From Candidatus Helarchaeota archaeon (GTDB taxonomy: Archaea > Asgardarchaeota > Lokiarchaeia > Helarchaeales > RDOG01), in contig JAHPZH010000001.1 in NCBI GenBank assembly GCA_019058315.1, forward strand, positions 663,536 through 727,535: a stretch of DNA of 64,000 bases. Direction: 5' to 3'. Numbering within the stretch: the first letter of the stretch is position 1; every line of letters begins with the position of its first letter. The notes under the pieces are model-generated. The model was given only the letters and a program-made list of their open reading frames with translations. It did no database searches and was not told where the DNA came from. The translations under genes were made by a program, and so were the position numbers. This document shows, in pieces, positions 18,621-29,211 of this stretch.

Positions 18621-20504
18621 TCATTCTTTAATTAAATCATTTATTATTTGATTTACTAATTTTCCGTCTGCTTTTCCTTTTAAATTCTTCATTGCAATTC
18701 CCATGAATGCTTTTTTGCCCTTCTTTTCAATAAAATCTTTATTTTCTTTAATTAATTGTTTAATTATTTCTGTTACCTTTTCTTTGGGAAGCATCAGTAA
18801 ATCTTTCTGTTCCGCTATTTTCAAAGCTGAAACTTTAGTTGTTTTTATTAAGCCTGCAATTACTTCTGTAATTCCTTCTTTGGCAATTTTATTTTGCTGT
18901 AGCAACCCCAGAACTTCCTCAAAAAATCTAGGCTGGATCAAATCCGGATCTAAATTATATTTTTTCTTAATTTCACTAGGAACTGAAAGTAATGTATTTG
19001 CTATAATACTAGCTTTTATTTTATCATATTTTTTTAATAATTCTTCAAATTGAGAAAGAGAATGAGAATGTATTATCTGTGTTGCCATTTCTTTAGGTAG
19101 TTTATATTCTTTTATAAAACGATTTGCCTTTTTTTCAGGCATCTCGGGTAAATTTTCTTTTATCTTGCTTAATAATTCATTTGAGATGGTTACTGGTTGA
19201 ATATCCGTTTCAGGATACATTCTAGCTGAACCCGGAAGTGGTCGAGCGTAAATGGTCGTTCCATCATCTTGTGCAAACCTAGTTTCTTCTGGAATTCCGA
19301 TAAGACATTGTTTTGCTCTTTCTATAAGAATTTTCGCCACTTCTTTGGATTGATTCTCTTCTCCTGCAATTATAAGAACTATATCTTCATCTGTTGCTTT
19401 TATTTTCTTTTTTAAATTTTCAAATTCTGTTTCCAATTTGTATTTACTCAAATCTTCATCAGTATGAATAAAACCTTGGACACCATGAGCTTTACAATAA
19501 TCAACAAATTCTTTTGCAAGAGTCTTTTTTTCATAAATGATTTTTTTCATAAGTCCATGGAATTTGGGTAATTCAGTAGCAATTATTCTACCTTTTTTCT
19601 TCAATACGTTTTTTATTATTTTCGAGCTTGAATTTTTAAAAATGTCTGTTACATCGATTATTTTTTCTTTAATTTCCTTTAATCCCTTATCTAATAATAT
19701 TTTTTTTATTTCTAATAGGTTTTTTTGTCTTAATACCTCGTTTTCAACTAACTTTGCAACTAATCTTAAATCCTGCAATCCTTTTATTTCTATCCTGGCT
19801 CCATCCTTTATTGAAACATTTACATCTTGTCGTATAGTTCCTAAACCTCTTTGAACTTTTCCAGTCATTCGACAAATCATACCTAAAGCTTCTGCAACTT
19901 CTCTTGCTTGGTCTGGATGGTGAATATCTGGATAAGTCCCAATCTCAACCAAAGGTATACCAAGTCTATCTAATCTAAACATCATTCTATTACCGGTCTT
20001 TTCTATTATTCCCGAGGATTCCTCTTCCAATTCAAGATCTTTTATTCTGACTGGACCATGGTTTGTGTTAATTAGCGAAGTTTCTTTTCCAATACCAATA
20101 TTCATAGTTCTTTGAAATCCACTTGTATTACTACCGTCTATGACAGTTTTTCTCATAACATGTACTTCATCTGGAATATATAGTTTTAACATCTCTGCAA
20201 TTGTTAAAGCAATTTCAAGCGCCTCAGAATTTACAGGATGAGGTGGTTCTTCATCCAACTCTACTAAACAAGTTTCTTTAGCGAAATAATCGTATATAAA
20301 TGTCTTGTCCCGAAAATATTCATATAAAGCTGCTGGGTCTACATCTCCAAGCTCGCCCGGAACTGCTCTTAACTTTCTTATTATTTTCTGGATTGCTTCT
20401 TCTTCTGTAATTTGAGGTCTACAATTACAAAATAATTTATATTTTGTATCTAACCTTTGATGTATTTCTATACCGCAGATCAACCCTACTTGTTTATAAT
20501 CCAT
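18621..20504 (-). CDS. gatE: Glu-tRNA(Gln) amidotransferase subunit E
   Basis: GIEIHQRLDT, DEEPPH, MRKTVIDGSNTSGFQRT, RGLGTIRQDVNVSI, RPLPGSARMYPETD. Confidence 0.98.
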   Translation of the reverse strand: MDYKQVGLICGIEIHQRLDTKYKLFCNCRPQITEEEAIQKIIRKLRAVPGELGDVDPAALYEYFRDKTFIYDYFAKETCLVELDEEPPHPVNSEALEIALTIAEMLKLYIPDEVHVMRKTVIDGSNTSGFQRTMNIGIGKETSLINTNHGPVRIKDLELEEESSGIIEKTGNRMMFRLDRLGIPLVEIGTYPDIHHPDQAREVAEALGMICRMTGKVQRGLGTIRQDVNVSIKDGARIEIKGLQDLRLVAKLVENEVLRQKNLLEIKKILLDKGLKEIKEKIIDVTDIFKNSSSKIIKNVLKKKGRIIATELPKFHGLMKKIIYEKKTLAKEFVDYCKAHGVQGFIHTDEDLSKYKLETEFENLKKKIKATDEDIVLIIAGEENQSKEVAKILIERAKQCLIGIPEETRFAQDDGTTIYARPLPGSARMYPETDIQPVTISNELLSKIKENLPEMPEKKANRFIKEYKLPKEMATQIIHSHSLSQFEELLKKYDKIKASIIANTLLSVPSEIKKKYNLDPDLIQPRFFEEVLGLLQQNKIAKEGITEVIAGLIKTTKVSALKIAEQKDLLMLPKEKVTEIIKQLIKENKDFIEKKGKKAFMGIAMKNLKGKADGKLVNQIINDLIKE

Positions 20505-20515
20505 AAATAAACTTC

Positions 20516-21874
20516 CTAATACAAATATTCTTGAACTTCTGTTCTTTCGGAAATCTCTCCAACCAAATTTTTATTAATTAGTTCTTTAACTTTTAAAGGG
20601 TCATAATTACCAAGAAGCCATTTTAATTTAATCAAAGCAACTTCAGGTAACATATCTTCTCCTGGAATAACACCAATTCTTTGAAGATCTCTTCCCTTAT
20701 CATAAACATTCATATTGATTCTCCCATAAAGGCATTGAGAGGTCATTACTACAATACAATTCTTCTCTACTAACGCTTCTAAATATTCAAAGATTTTAGA
20801 ATGAATTTGAGTAAATTCATCCTTTATATAGCCAGGAGTATGCCCAAGTCCTGTTCCTTCGAGAACTAATCCCTTATAATCATTATCTAAAAAGAATTTT
20901 AAAATGTCTGGATCGAAATCCGTATAAAATTTAACAAGTCCTACTTTTCCTTCTAATTTATCCATAAGTCTAAGCTTTCTTTTTTTATCTTTTTTGAGAT
21001 AACTACTGTTAAGAAATTGAATTTTATCTTTCAAATAATCTATTTTAGCCCATGGTAACGTATTAATTGGGCGAAAAGCGTCTCTACGAGATGTATGCAT
21101 CTTTCGTGTCTTACAAGCTGGATTAATAAATACAATTTTATCTTCAGGAGAGCCATGCATACAAATTGCAACACCTGCAAAATCACTCTGAGTAATAAAT
21201 TTTGAGGCACTAATAAGATTGACACCTGCATCGCTACTACCTCTATCTGAGCTGCGTTGTGCACCTACTATTAATACAGGAATTGGAAGATCTTGTAGCA
21301 TAAAACTAAGAGCAGCAGCTGTAAAATGCAAAGTATCTGTTCCATGTCCAAGGATTACACCATCAACTCCTTTTTCAACCTCTTTTACAATCTCTCTTGC
21401 CATTAACTGGTAATGTTCTAAACGAATATCTTCAGACCACATATTTGCAATTAGTCGAGCTTCAAAATTAACAATGTGTTCTAATTCTGGAAATAGAGTC
21501 AAAAGCTCTTCGGGGGTAAAAGCTGAAACAACACCCCCTGTTCGATAATCTAATCTGCTCGCAATTGTGCCTCCAGTATGTAAAATAGTTATATTTTGAA
21601 GATTTTTTTTCTTTTCAATCTTTTTTACAGCAAAATGTTCAAGTTCCCATGCTTCCGGCAACTTTTCAATTTTCATATTGGGTTTGTACCGAATTCCTAC
21701 ATTATATCCGCTCTTTATTTTCAGAACAATACAATCGGGATCTCCTAATTCACTCCGAGGAATTAAAATTCCTTCAAAGATATCTTTCTCATGAGTAAGT
21801 TTGATTTTATCCCCTTGTTTTATATCCATATCTTGGAATTTTTTTTGTAATTCACTAGAATAATTCTTAAGCAT
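20516..21874 (-). CDS. gatD: Glu-tRNA(Gln) amidotransferase subunit D
   Basis: KIKSGYNVG, TGGTIASRLDYRTG, HGTDT, GAQRSSDRGSSD, RKMHTSRRDAF. Confidence 0.98.
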   Translation of the reverse strand: MLKNYSSELQKKFQDMDIKQGDKIKLTHEKDIFEGILIPRSELGDPDCIVLKIKSGYNVGIRYKPNMKIEKLPEAWELEHFAVKKIEKKKNLQNITILHTGGTIASRLDYRTGGVVSAFTPEELLTLFPELEHIVNFEARLIANMWSEDIRLEHYQLMAREIVKEVEKGVDGVILGHGTDTLHFTAAALSFMLQDLPIPVLIVGAQRSSDRGSSDAGVNLISASKFITQSDFAGVAICMHGSPEDKIVFINPACKTRKMHTSRRDAFRPINTLPWAKIDYLKDKIQFLNSSYLKKDKKRKLRLMDKLEGKVGLVKFYTDFDPDILKFFLDNDYKGLVLEGTGLGHTPGYIKDEFTQIHSKIFEYLEALVEKNCIVVMTSQCLYGRINMNVYDKGRDLQRIGVIPGEDMLPEVALIKLKWLLGNYDPLKVKELINKNLVGEISERTEVQEYLY

Positions 21875-21895
21875 TTTAATACCCTAAAACCTATT

Positions 21896-22174
21896 TCAAA
21901 TTTTATTTGGATTTGAAACCATGACTTTAATTATATCTTGTTCGGGAAGAAAAGTTAATGTTTCAATAAGTCTATCATTAGGGAGAATTTCCCCCTTAAA
22001 TGTCAATTCAATAGTATATGAAGGATTTATCCTATAAACTTTACGTACTAATCCTTTTACTTTTCCTATCCGCCAATTACTTTTCACATTAATAATTTTA
22101 ATTTGTTGATCTTTTGGAAAATCAAAACATTTAAATTTTACATCAAATTCGTCAAATGGTTTCATAACACTCAC
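21896..22174 (-). CDS. Ubiquitin-like domain protein lacking C-terminal Gly
   Basis: IINVKSNWRIGKVKGLV...IELTFKGEILPNDRLIETL...IIKVM follows the ubiquitin pattern (LEVEPSDTIENVKAKI...RLIFAGKQLEDGRTLSDY). Confidence 0.65.
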   Translation of the reverse strand: MSVMKPFDEFDVKFKCFDFPKDQQIKIINVKSNWRIGKVKGLVRKVYRINPSYTIELTFKGEILPNDRLIETLTFLPEQDIIKVMVSNPNKI

Positions 22175-22319
22175 AATTCTTTTTATTAGATTTATTTAAT
22201 TAGAATAAAATTTTTTCTTGTATTTCCCAACATTAAATTTAAATAATTGATTTTTGAAAATTCTATTAAGGACCAGTTAAAAGACTCAATTCTTTTAAAC
22301 GATTGGGGGTCAGAAAAAA

Positions 22320-22748
22320 TTGGAAGGTAAATATATTGCTCTTATAATTGTAGGCACAATTGTTCCAGCTGCAATAATTTGTGGTGCGATTGGAATATAC
22401 TACATGAATATGAGAAACAAAGAAAATATGAGATTAAATATTTTATTTCTATCTGTTATGCCAGTAGAATTTACAATTGAAATATCATCAAATGCAAATT
22501 GGTCAGGGTATTACGTAAGTGAATATTCATATAATTTCATTTCGGGTAACGGAAATGATACTTATCAAACAAAGGGATCACAAATCTATAGTTATATATC
22601 TTTAGATTCTGCTGGATCTTTGACAGTAAGTCTAAAGGCACTTGGGATAACAATTGATTCACAGACTACTATAGTAACTTCCAGTTATGTATATGTTTCG
22701 GGATCATCTCCATTAAAGAATTTACTTCTTCTATTCTTCCTTATTTAA
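22320..22748 (+). CDS. Small membrane-anchored beta-rich protein
   Basis: N-terminal TM, Ser/Thr/Tyr-rich domain (WSGYY...ISGNG), hydrophobic C-terminus; followed by a T tract. Confidence 0.7.
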   Translation: MEGKYIALIIVGTIVPAAIICGAIGIYYMNMRNKENMRLNILFLSVMPVEFTIEISSNANWSGYYVSEYSYNFISGNGNDTYQTKGSQIYSYISLDSAGSLTVSLKALGITIDSQTTIVTSSYVYVSGSSPLKNLLLLFFLI

Positions 22749-22931
22749 TTTTTTTTTTTGTAATTTTTTTTGTAATATATAAATTTCCTCAATACTTCAA
22801 ATAATTAATTGGGATATAGAACCTCTTCGTATTTGTAAATGAAAAGAAGTAATGATTAAAAATTTATACTAAAATTCAATAAAGTATGATAAATAAATAT
22901 TTTAGAAATTAAACATGAAATGGTTTAAACA

Positions 22932-23126
22932 TTGGAAGATGAAAATAAATTAGAGCTTGGTAAACCCTGCCCATCTTGTGGTGAACTTAACTTAAAAGAA
23001 TGTGATATATGCAAAAAAGTAATTTGTTTAAATTGCGGCCCTTTTTTCAAAAAATTTGATTCAGATAGTTATCTATGTGAACCTTGTCATATTGAACTAA
23101 GAAAAAAAACGATTAGAGTTATTTAA
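22932..23126 (+). CDS. Small Cys-rich zinc-finger protein
   Basis: Four CxxC pairs (CPSC, CDIC, CLNC, CEPC) in 64 aa. Confidence 0.7.
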   Translation: MEDENKLELGKPCPSCGELNLKECDICKKVICLNCGPFFKKFDSDSYLCEPCHIELRKKTIRVI

Positions 23127-23207
23127 TTCAATACAAAAATTATTCTTCTTTAAATTTTAGGGTTAAAAATACTGAACCGCCTCAAATTATAATTTCGTGA
23201 AATTAAT

Positions 23208-25184
23208 TTGGAAAAGAAATATAATCATTTAAAATCAAAAATTAATACGGTATTTGAAAAAACAGAAGAAAACGAGGCAAGAATAAATGCTTTAAAATAT
23301 ATACAAGATAAACATTTTAATTCTAATGTTGATTCAAAGAAATTTCAAAGAGAATATAAAAAAATTAAAGAAAAAAATATAAAAAAATTAGAAGAACTTC
23401 TCCCAAGAGCAATAAAACAACTAGAACAAAATGGTTGTAAAGTATTCCTAGTTTCTGATAAGGAAGATGCTTTGAAAGTCTTGAAATCCTTATTAACAGG
23501 TAAAATTATTGTTAAGAGTAAATTAAATACTGGAAAAGAAATTGAACTAACTAAAAATTTAAAGAAATGGGGTTATGAAGTAGTCGAAACAGATTTAGGA
23601 GATAGAATCGTCCAATTAGCAAATTCTTCATCCACACATCCACTTATTCCGGGTTTGCACATCTCTAAAAGGAAAATTGCCAATTTATTTAATGCTGATG
23701 AGGATATTTCAACTAAGGAATTAGCAAATATAGCTGGTAAACAATTAAGAGAACTAATATTGCAAGCTGAAGTCGGAATTTCGGGAGCTAATGCAATAAC
23801 TGCTGAAGAAGGTTTTATATGTTTAATTGAAAACGAGGGAAATCAACGATTGATTACAAGCCTTCCTAAAAAACATATTGTAATAACGGGGATTGATAAA
23901 ATCGTTGAAAATGGAGAAGAAGCCATTAAGGTGGCTAAAGCAGCATCTTTTTTTGGTTTAGGCGTCATCAGTGGGAATTATATTTCATTTATTATGGGCC
24001 CATCTAGAACAGGTGATATTGCTTTTGAAATTATAGAAGGAATGCATGGACCAAGTGAAGTTGATGTTATTTTACTTGATAATAAAAGAAAATTTATTGC
24101 ATCATCCGAATTTAAAGAAATTAATTATTGTGTAAATTGTGGAGGTTGTGTTAACTATTGTCCTGTTTATGAAGCTATAGGGGGCTTATTTGGAAGCGGG
24201 GGTGGAGGTAAACGTCTTATCTTCAATGGTATTTCAAAGAATTTAGAATATGCTTTTGATTATGGCTTAAATTTTTGTACTGAGTGCGGTCACTGTGTGA
24301 TCCACTGTCCAGGAGAAATAGATATACCAGATCTAATAATGAAAATGAGAAAAACTGCCGTTAAACAGGGGTTAATAATTCCAAAGCATAAAGAAATCGC
24401 CAATAGCATTAAAACCAATAACAATCCATTTAATGAAAAAAAACCCAGGAATCATTGGCTTAAAGGTAATAATATTCAAATAGATAAAGAATCAAAAACT
24501 CTATTTTTTGTAGGCTGTATGAGTTCTTATCGGACTCATGATCAAGCAATAAGTGCTGCTAAGATTATGAATGAATTGAATATTAACTTTGATTATCTAG
24601 AGGAAGAAGAACTTTGCTGTTCTGGGTTTTTGAAACGTATCGGATTCATTGATGAATTTAATGAAAATAAACAAAGGTTAGAAGAGATATTAAAAAAATA
24701 TGACCAAATAATAACAATTTGTCCTGGTTGTTATAGCGCTTTTCGTGAATTTTATTCAGATTTTTTAGAAAAAAATAATATTAAATTAAAACATTTAATC
24801 GAACTAATTGATTCAAAGAAATTAAAAGTTAAAACACAAGAAATTATCACAACTTATCATGATCCTTGTCACATTAGCCGCAAATTTGGCTTAACTGAAC
24901 CTCCAAGAAAGATCCTCACAAAAATTTCATCATTTAAAGAAATGGCACTCTCAAAAGAAAATAGTAAATGTTGTGGTGCAGGTGCTGGTTGTTTATCTGC
25001 ATTCCCTGAACTATCCGAGAGGATCGCTACTTCACGAATTGAAGAAGCATCTAATTTAGATTGCGATTATTTAATAACTACCTGCCCTTTTTGTGAATAT
25101 AATTTAAAAAAAGGTCAAAAAGGTAACATAAAAAAGATAAAAGTAATTTCTCTTCAGAAATTATTGGATGAGCTTTCTAGTTAA
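23208..25184 (+). CDS. LUD (LutB-like) domain + 4Fe-4S + tandem CCG domain oxidoreductase (lactate utilisation type)
   Basis: VVETDLGDRIVQL, GISGAN, ENEGN, GPSRTGDI, CVNCGGCVNYCP, CTECGHCVIHCP, TYHDPCH, CCGAGAG. Confidence 0.9.
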   Translation: MEKKYNHLKSKINTVFEKTEENEARINALKYIQDKHFNSNVDSKKFQREYKKIKEKNIKKLEELLPRAIKQLEQNGCKVFLVSDKEDALKVLKSLLTGKIIVKSKLNTGKEIELTKNLKKWGYEVVETDLGDRIVQLANSSSTHPLIPGLHISKRKIANLFNADEDISTKELANIAGKQLRELILQAEVGISGANAITAEEGFICLIENEGNQRLITSLPKKHIVITGIDKIVENGEEAIKVAKAASFFGLGVISGNYISFIMGPSRTGDIAFEIIEGMHGPSEVDVILLDNKRKFIASSEFKEINYCVNCGGCVNYCPVYEAIGGLFGSGGGGKRLIFNGISKNLEYAFDYGLNFCTECGHCVIHCPGEIDIPDLIMKMRKTAVKQGLIIPKHKEIANSIKTNNNPFNEKKPRNHWLKGNNIQIDKESKTLFFVGCMSSYRTHDQAISAAKIMNELNINFDYLEEEELCCSGFLKRIGFIDEFNENKQRLEEILKKYDQIITICPGCYSAFREFYSDFLEKNNIKLKHLIELIDSKKLKVKTQEIITTYHDPCHISRKFGLTEPPRKILTKISSFKEMALSKENSKCCGAGAGCLSAFPELSERIATSRIEEASNLDCDYLITTCPFCEYNLKKGQKGNIKKIKVISLQKLLDELSS

Positions 25185-25212
25185 ATGTGAATGATAAAGG
25201 CGAAATTATATA

Positions 25213-26043
25213 ATGGAGAAAAAAATTAGAATTGGTTGCTCTGGTTGGTCTTATACGGGTGACTTGGGCTGGGTAGGTAAATTTTATCCTAAAAAAATTC
25301 CCTCAAATAAAATGTTTTTATTCTATTCTCAAATCTTTGATACTGTAGAACTCAATACTACATTTTATAATTTACCTAAAATTGGAACTGTCGAAAATTG
25401 GGCTCTAAAATCACCTAAAGATTTTCTTTTTTCTGTTAAATTCCCTCAAGATATCACCCATAAAAAAATTGGAAAGGAACCTGTTGATGAAGAAGATTTA
25501 ATGCCTTTTTTTTCTGTAATTTCTCCTTTAGAGCAAAAAATGGGTCCAATTTTAGTTCAATTTCCTCCAAGTTTCGAATTTAATCCAGAGCTGTTAGAAG
25601 ATATTTTAGTTTTATTACCTTCAACTAAGAAGTATGCTGTTGAATTTCGAAATCTGTCATGGTTGACATCAAAGACATATAAAATATTAGAAGAATATCA
25701 TGTAGCTTATTGTATTGTCGATGAGCCTTTGCTACCCCCTGATATTCATATTACCACAGATTTTGCTTATATAAGGTGGCATGGTAGAAGAAAAAGCCAT
25801 TGGTATAATTACTTATATTCTGAAGAAGAATTACAAGAATGGATTCCAAAAATCGAGAAAATTGAAGGCGAAATAAAAAATATTTATGGTTATTTTAATA
25901 ATCATCCTCATGGGCAAGCTCCAACTAATTGTAGACAACTTTTAAAGATGCTTGGTAAAGATACAAAAGATCCTAACACAATTACTGTTAAATCCCTAAC
26001 ATTATCCAAAGATCAGAAAAAATTAGATTCTTTTTTTTCATAA
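25213..26043 (+). CDS. DUF72 family protein with C-terminal PIP box
   Basis: IGCSGWSY, FDTVELNTTFY, FSVKFPQDITH, LVQFPPSF, YIRWHGR, YFNNH; C-terminus QKKLDSFFS. Confidence 0.92.
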   Translation: MEKKIRIGCSGWSYTGDLGWVGKFYPKKIPSNKMFLFYSQIFDTVELNTTFYNLPKIGTVENWALKSPKDFLFSVKFPQDITHKKIGKEPVDEEDLMPFFSVISPLEQKMGPILVQFPPSFEFNPELLEDILVLLPSTKKYAVEFRNLSWLTSKTYKILEEYHVAYCIVDEPLLPPDIHITTDFAYIRWHGRRKSHWYNYLYSEEELQEWIPKIEKIEGEIKNIYGYFNNHPHGQAPTNCRQLLKMLGKDTKDPNTITVKSLTLSKDQKKLDSFFS

Positions 26044-26148
26044 AATCTATCATTTTTGTCGAATAATCGACGATTTTTAACAATCTTTAAAAATCTTAAG
26101 AAAAATATCTCATCTATTAGAACAATTAATAAAGGAGGATTTAATTCC

Positions 26149-26616
26149 TTGAAATGGCGTTATCATGCACTCGTAAATTTTTTAATATTAGCACCTATCA
26201 CATATCTGACTTGGGGATCTCTTAATACAACTTACATTGATTGGTATATCATAGCAGCAGGAATAGCGGCTTTCTCTGGTCACTGTCCAGACTTTGATCT
26301 TATTCTAATGAAAATTGGACCATGGGTTCATAGAGATGTTTTATGGCATTCATTTATTATTCCAGTTATATCACCAGTATTGTTAATTTTTTTTCCCGAA
26401 GAATTCCTTCTATATTGTCTAGGTCTTTTTAGCATTGGCTATGGAGCTCATTTACTTTTTGACTTCTTTCCTAAAATGGAGCTCAGAGGTTTTGGACTAA
26501 TCCATGTCTGGTCTGATGCAAAACCAGAAAGCTGGTCTCTACGTTGGTTGGGATTAGGGTTCTTTATCTCCGTGGTCTCAGGGGCAGGATTAATTTTAAT
26601 AATTGTTTTATTCTAA
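26149..26616 (+). CDS. Membrane metal-dependent hydrolase (YdjM-like)
   Basis: PDFD, HRDVLWHS, GYGAHLLFD. Start placed at TTG 26149 after GGAGG (ORF track starts 26056). Confidence 0.75.
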   Translation: MKWRYHALVNFLILAPITYLTWGSLNTTYIDWYIIAAGIAAFSGHCPDFDLILMKIGPWVHRDVLWHSFIIPVISPVLLIFFPEEFLLYCLGLFSIGYGAHLLFDFFPKMELRGFGLIHVWSDAKPESWSLRWLGLGFFISVVSGAGLILIIVLF

Positions 26617-26816
26617 TTTTCTCCTTTTTTTCTTAAATTATTCAAAATAAGTTCAAAATATTTTTACATTTACAAAAGATACGAAAAAAGTTAAGAAAAA
26701 TTTAATATTACTATATTAATTGATGCAATAATAATTTTATTTCTACAATTTATTTATAAATTCATATATTTAGAGCTAAAAGAAAGAGAAAAATGAATAA
26801 ATTATTGGAATTATAA

Positions 26817-27527
26817 ATGTCTGAAGAGATACAGCCTACAACGTTTTCAACTGTTACGTTTTTTACCACTTTAATTAGCACTTGTATAATATTAATAGCT
26901 TGGAAACGAATAACCGAATCTGTACAAGCTGAATTATTTTTATTATATTCCATTGATTTAGTGAACTTTATTTTACTGATTTTTAGTATCATATTTACTT
27001 TTATTGAGCTTGGTATTTATCTCGATTTAAGTCCATTATTTACTTTTTTAGATTTTATGCTGAGTATGAGTTTTGAATCAGGATTATTACTATTTTCATT
27101 TATTTTGATAGGACTTGGATTAATATTACTCTTCGTAGCAGCAATAATAACCAGCAAAATGAGAGAGAATAAACTTATTCCTGTAATTTTTATTTGGTCT
27201 TTGTTTATTTTATGTATTGGAGCTTTGTGTTTATGTATAATCGGTTTTAATGAAGTGAAATTTAATCTCAATAATGTGAAGAATTTACAAATTGTATCTT
27301 ATTTTTACTTAGATATCCAAGAAGCAGTCAGTATATTCTGTAAATATTTAAGTTTATACATATTGCTGGGGGTGGCTGGTTCCCTTCCTATGAATATAGG
27401 AATATTTTCTTTAATAACATTAGATATTTTATTGGTAATTGTAACTATATATTTGGATCGTCGTTATAAATCAATTAGTTCTAAAAATTATAAAACAACA
27501 GCAAATGATAAACCTCCTCAAGAATAA
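26817..27527 (+). CDS. Hypothetical multi-pass membrane protein
   Basis: 236 aa with about 6 hydrophobic segments. Confidence 0.7.
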   Translation: MSEEIQPTTFSTVTFFTTLISTCIILIAWKRITESVQAELFLLYSIDLVNFILLIFSIIFTFIELGIYLDLSPLFTFLDFMLSMSFESGLLLFSFILIGLGLILLFVAAIITSKMRENKLIPVIFIWSLFILCIGALCLCIIGFNEVKFNLNNVKNLQIVSYFYLDIQEAVSIFCKYLSLYILLGVAGSLPMNIGIFSLITLDILLVIVTIYLDRRYKSISSKNYKTTANDKPPQE

Positions 27528-27745
27528 AAATTGTAATCTTAAGTAAATTGAAAAAAAGGAAATTCTCCTTAAAAAGTGTTTCAGCCAAAATTTCTTGGAA
27601 TTGTGTTTTAAAAATGGTTTATTAGATGAATTTATACTTCGATTTTTAAAATAAATAAGGAAAAATATCTTTCCTAAAAATATAAATATGTAACCATAAA
27701 TACTATAATCATATAATATAATCATTTTTGAAAGAGGGTGTTAAC

Positions 27746-28219
27746 ATGTCAGTACCAGTAAGTAAAGGCGGATCTATAATAATGTTGATTTTTGCTTTAA
27801 TTTTTTTAATTCCCGCTTTGGTTATCGTTGCAGTCGGAGGAGGCTCTAATCAGGCGTTAGGTGCGGCAGCTATTCTTGCACTACCTGGTGTTTTTAATCT
27901 AATTCAATATTTTAGGATATTATATAAATTAGATAAAAAGGAAAAAATTATGAAAGGTTTAGAAACACTAAGGCAATTACAAGCAGAAGAATATAGAAGA
28001 GAAGAAGTAGAAAACAGGAGAAGACTTTTGAATGACTATTTTTCAACAGAAAATCAACAAATCGAAACTATAAATGATAAAAAAAAGCAAATTACAGCTA
28101 AAATTCTACCAGGAAATCGGTGTCCTTTCTGTGAAAATATATTGGAAGAGGCTGATCGTTCAGTAATGCTAAAAGTTATAATTTGCCCTACCTGTGGAAA
28201 TTTAGTTGATACAAATTAA
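27746..28219 (+). CDS. 2-TM protein with coiled coil and C-terminal zinc ribbon
   Basis: Two TMs, CPFC...CPTC; ATG 27746 after GAGGGTG. Confidence 0.75.
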   Translation: MSVPVSKGGSIIMLIFALIFLIPALVIVAVGGGSNQALGAAAILALPGVFNLIQYFRILYKLDKKEKIMKGLETLRQLQAEEYRREEVENRRRLLNDYFSTENQQIETINDKKKQITAKILPGNRCPFCENILEEADRSVMLKVIICPTCGNLVDTN

Positions 28220-28335
28220 CTAATTAAATCTTTTTTTTATCTTTTATTTGATAACGCAAATTATAGAAAATTAATATTTTCAAAATAATATTTTTTTATA
28301 AAATTTTTATTTAATTTGAAACAATACTTCAAGAA

Positions 28336-29211
28336 TTGATGATTAAAATGATACAAGGTGTTTATACTGCCATTATAACTCCGTTTTTTAGAAACTTGAA
28401 TGTCAATTATTCATTACTTGAAGAATTAACAAGATTTCAAGAGAAGAACGGGATCTCTGGCTTAGTCCCTTGTGGAACAAATGGTGAATACCCTTCTTTA
28501 ACTATTGAAGAAGCAAAAAGAGTTATAAAAACTGTTGTAAATGTTAAAAAAAACCTAACTATTATTGCTGGTGTAGGAAGAGCAAGCTTACAAGAGACTA
28601 TTGAATTAGCTAAATTTTCAGATGGTCTTAGTGATGCTATAATGATAGGAGTTCCCTTTTACTTTAAACCTGTTTCTGACTCTGGTCTTTTTCAATTTTA
28701 CTCTCGTGTTCTAGAGAATGTCAAATGTCCATGTTTTCTTTATAATATTCCCCGATATACCGGAATTTCGATTTCAACTGGATTAATTAAAAAATTAACG
28801 AAATTCAAAAATCTGGTGGGACTAAAGGACTCATCTGGTGATATAAAAAATTTAGAAAATTACATCAATAGTGTTCCAAAATTGAATTTCTTCAGTGGAA
28901 GTGATGCTTTAATCTTTCAAGGTCTAAAATTGGGGACAAAAGGTGGAATTAGTGCATTAGGTAATGTCTTTCCAAAAAAAGTTATGAATATTTTCAATGC
29001 ATACCAAAAAAATGATTTAAAAAGTGCGGAAAAAGAGCAAAATGAAATTATTGAATTAAGAAATTTATTCAAAGAATTTGGGACCATAGCTGGTTTTAAA
29101 AAATATCTTCAGGCACTTGGCTATGAAGAATCATTCGTTCGTCCTCCATTATCCGATTTGAGCAATGAGGATTTTTTGAAGTTAAAATCCTCTAATTTGA
29201 TTCATTTATAA
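28336..29211 (+). CDS. DapA-family class I aldolase (dihydrodipicolinate synthase / KDG aldolase-like)
   Basis: GVYTAIITPF, CGTNGE, LYNIP, VGLKDSSG, GSD, VRPPL. Confidence 0.9.
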   Translation: MMIKMIQGVYTAIITPFFRNLNVNYSLLEELTRFQEKNGISGLVPCGTNGEYPSLTIEEAKRVIKTVVNVKKNLTIIAGVGRASLQETIELAKFSDGLSDAIMIGVPFYFKPVSDSGLFQFYSRVLENVKCPCFLYNIPRYTGISISTGLIKKLTKFKNLVGLKDSSGDIKNLENYINSVPKLNFFSGSDALIFQGLKLGTKGGISALGNVFPKKVMNIFNAYQKNDLKSAEKEQNEIIELRNLFKEFGTIAGFKKYLQALGYEESFVRPPLSDLSNEDFLKLKSSNLIHL

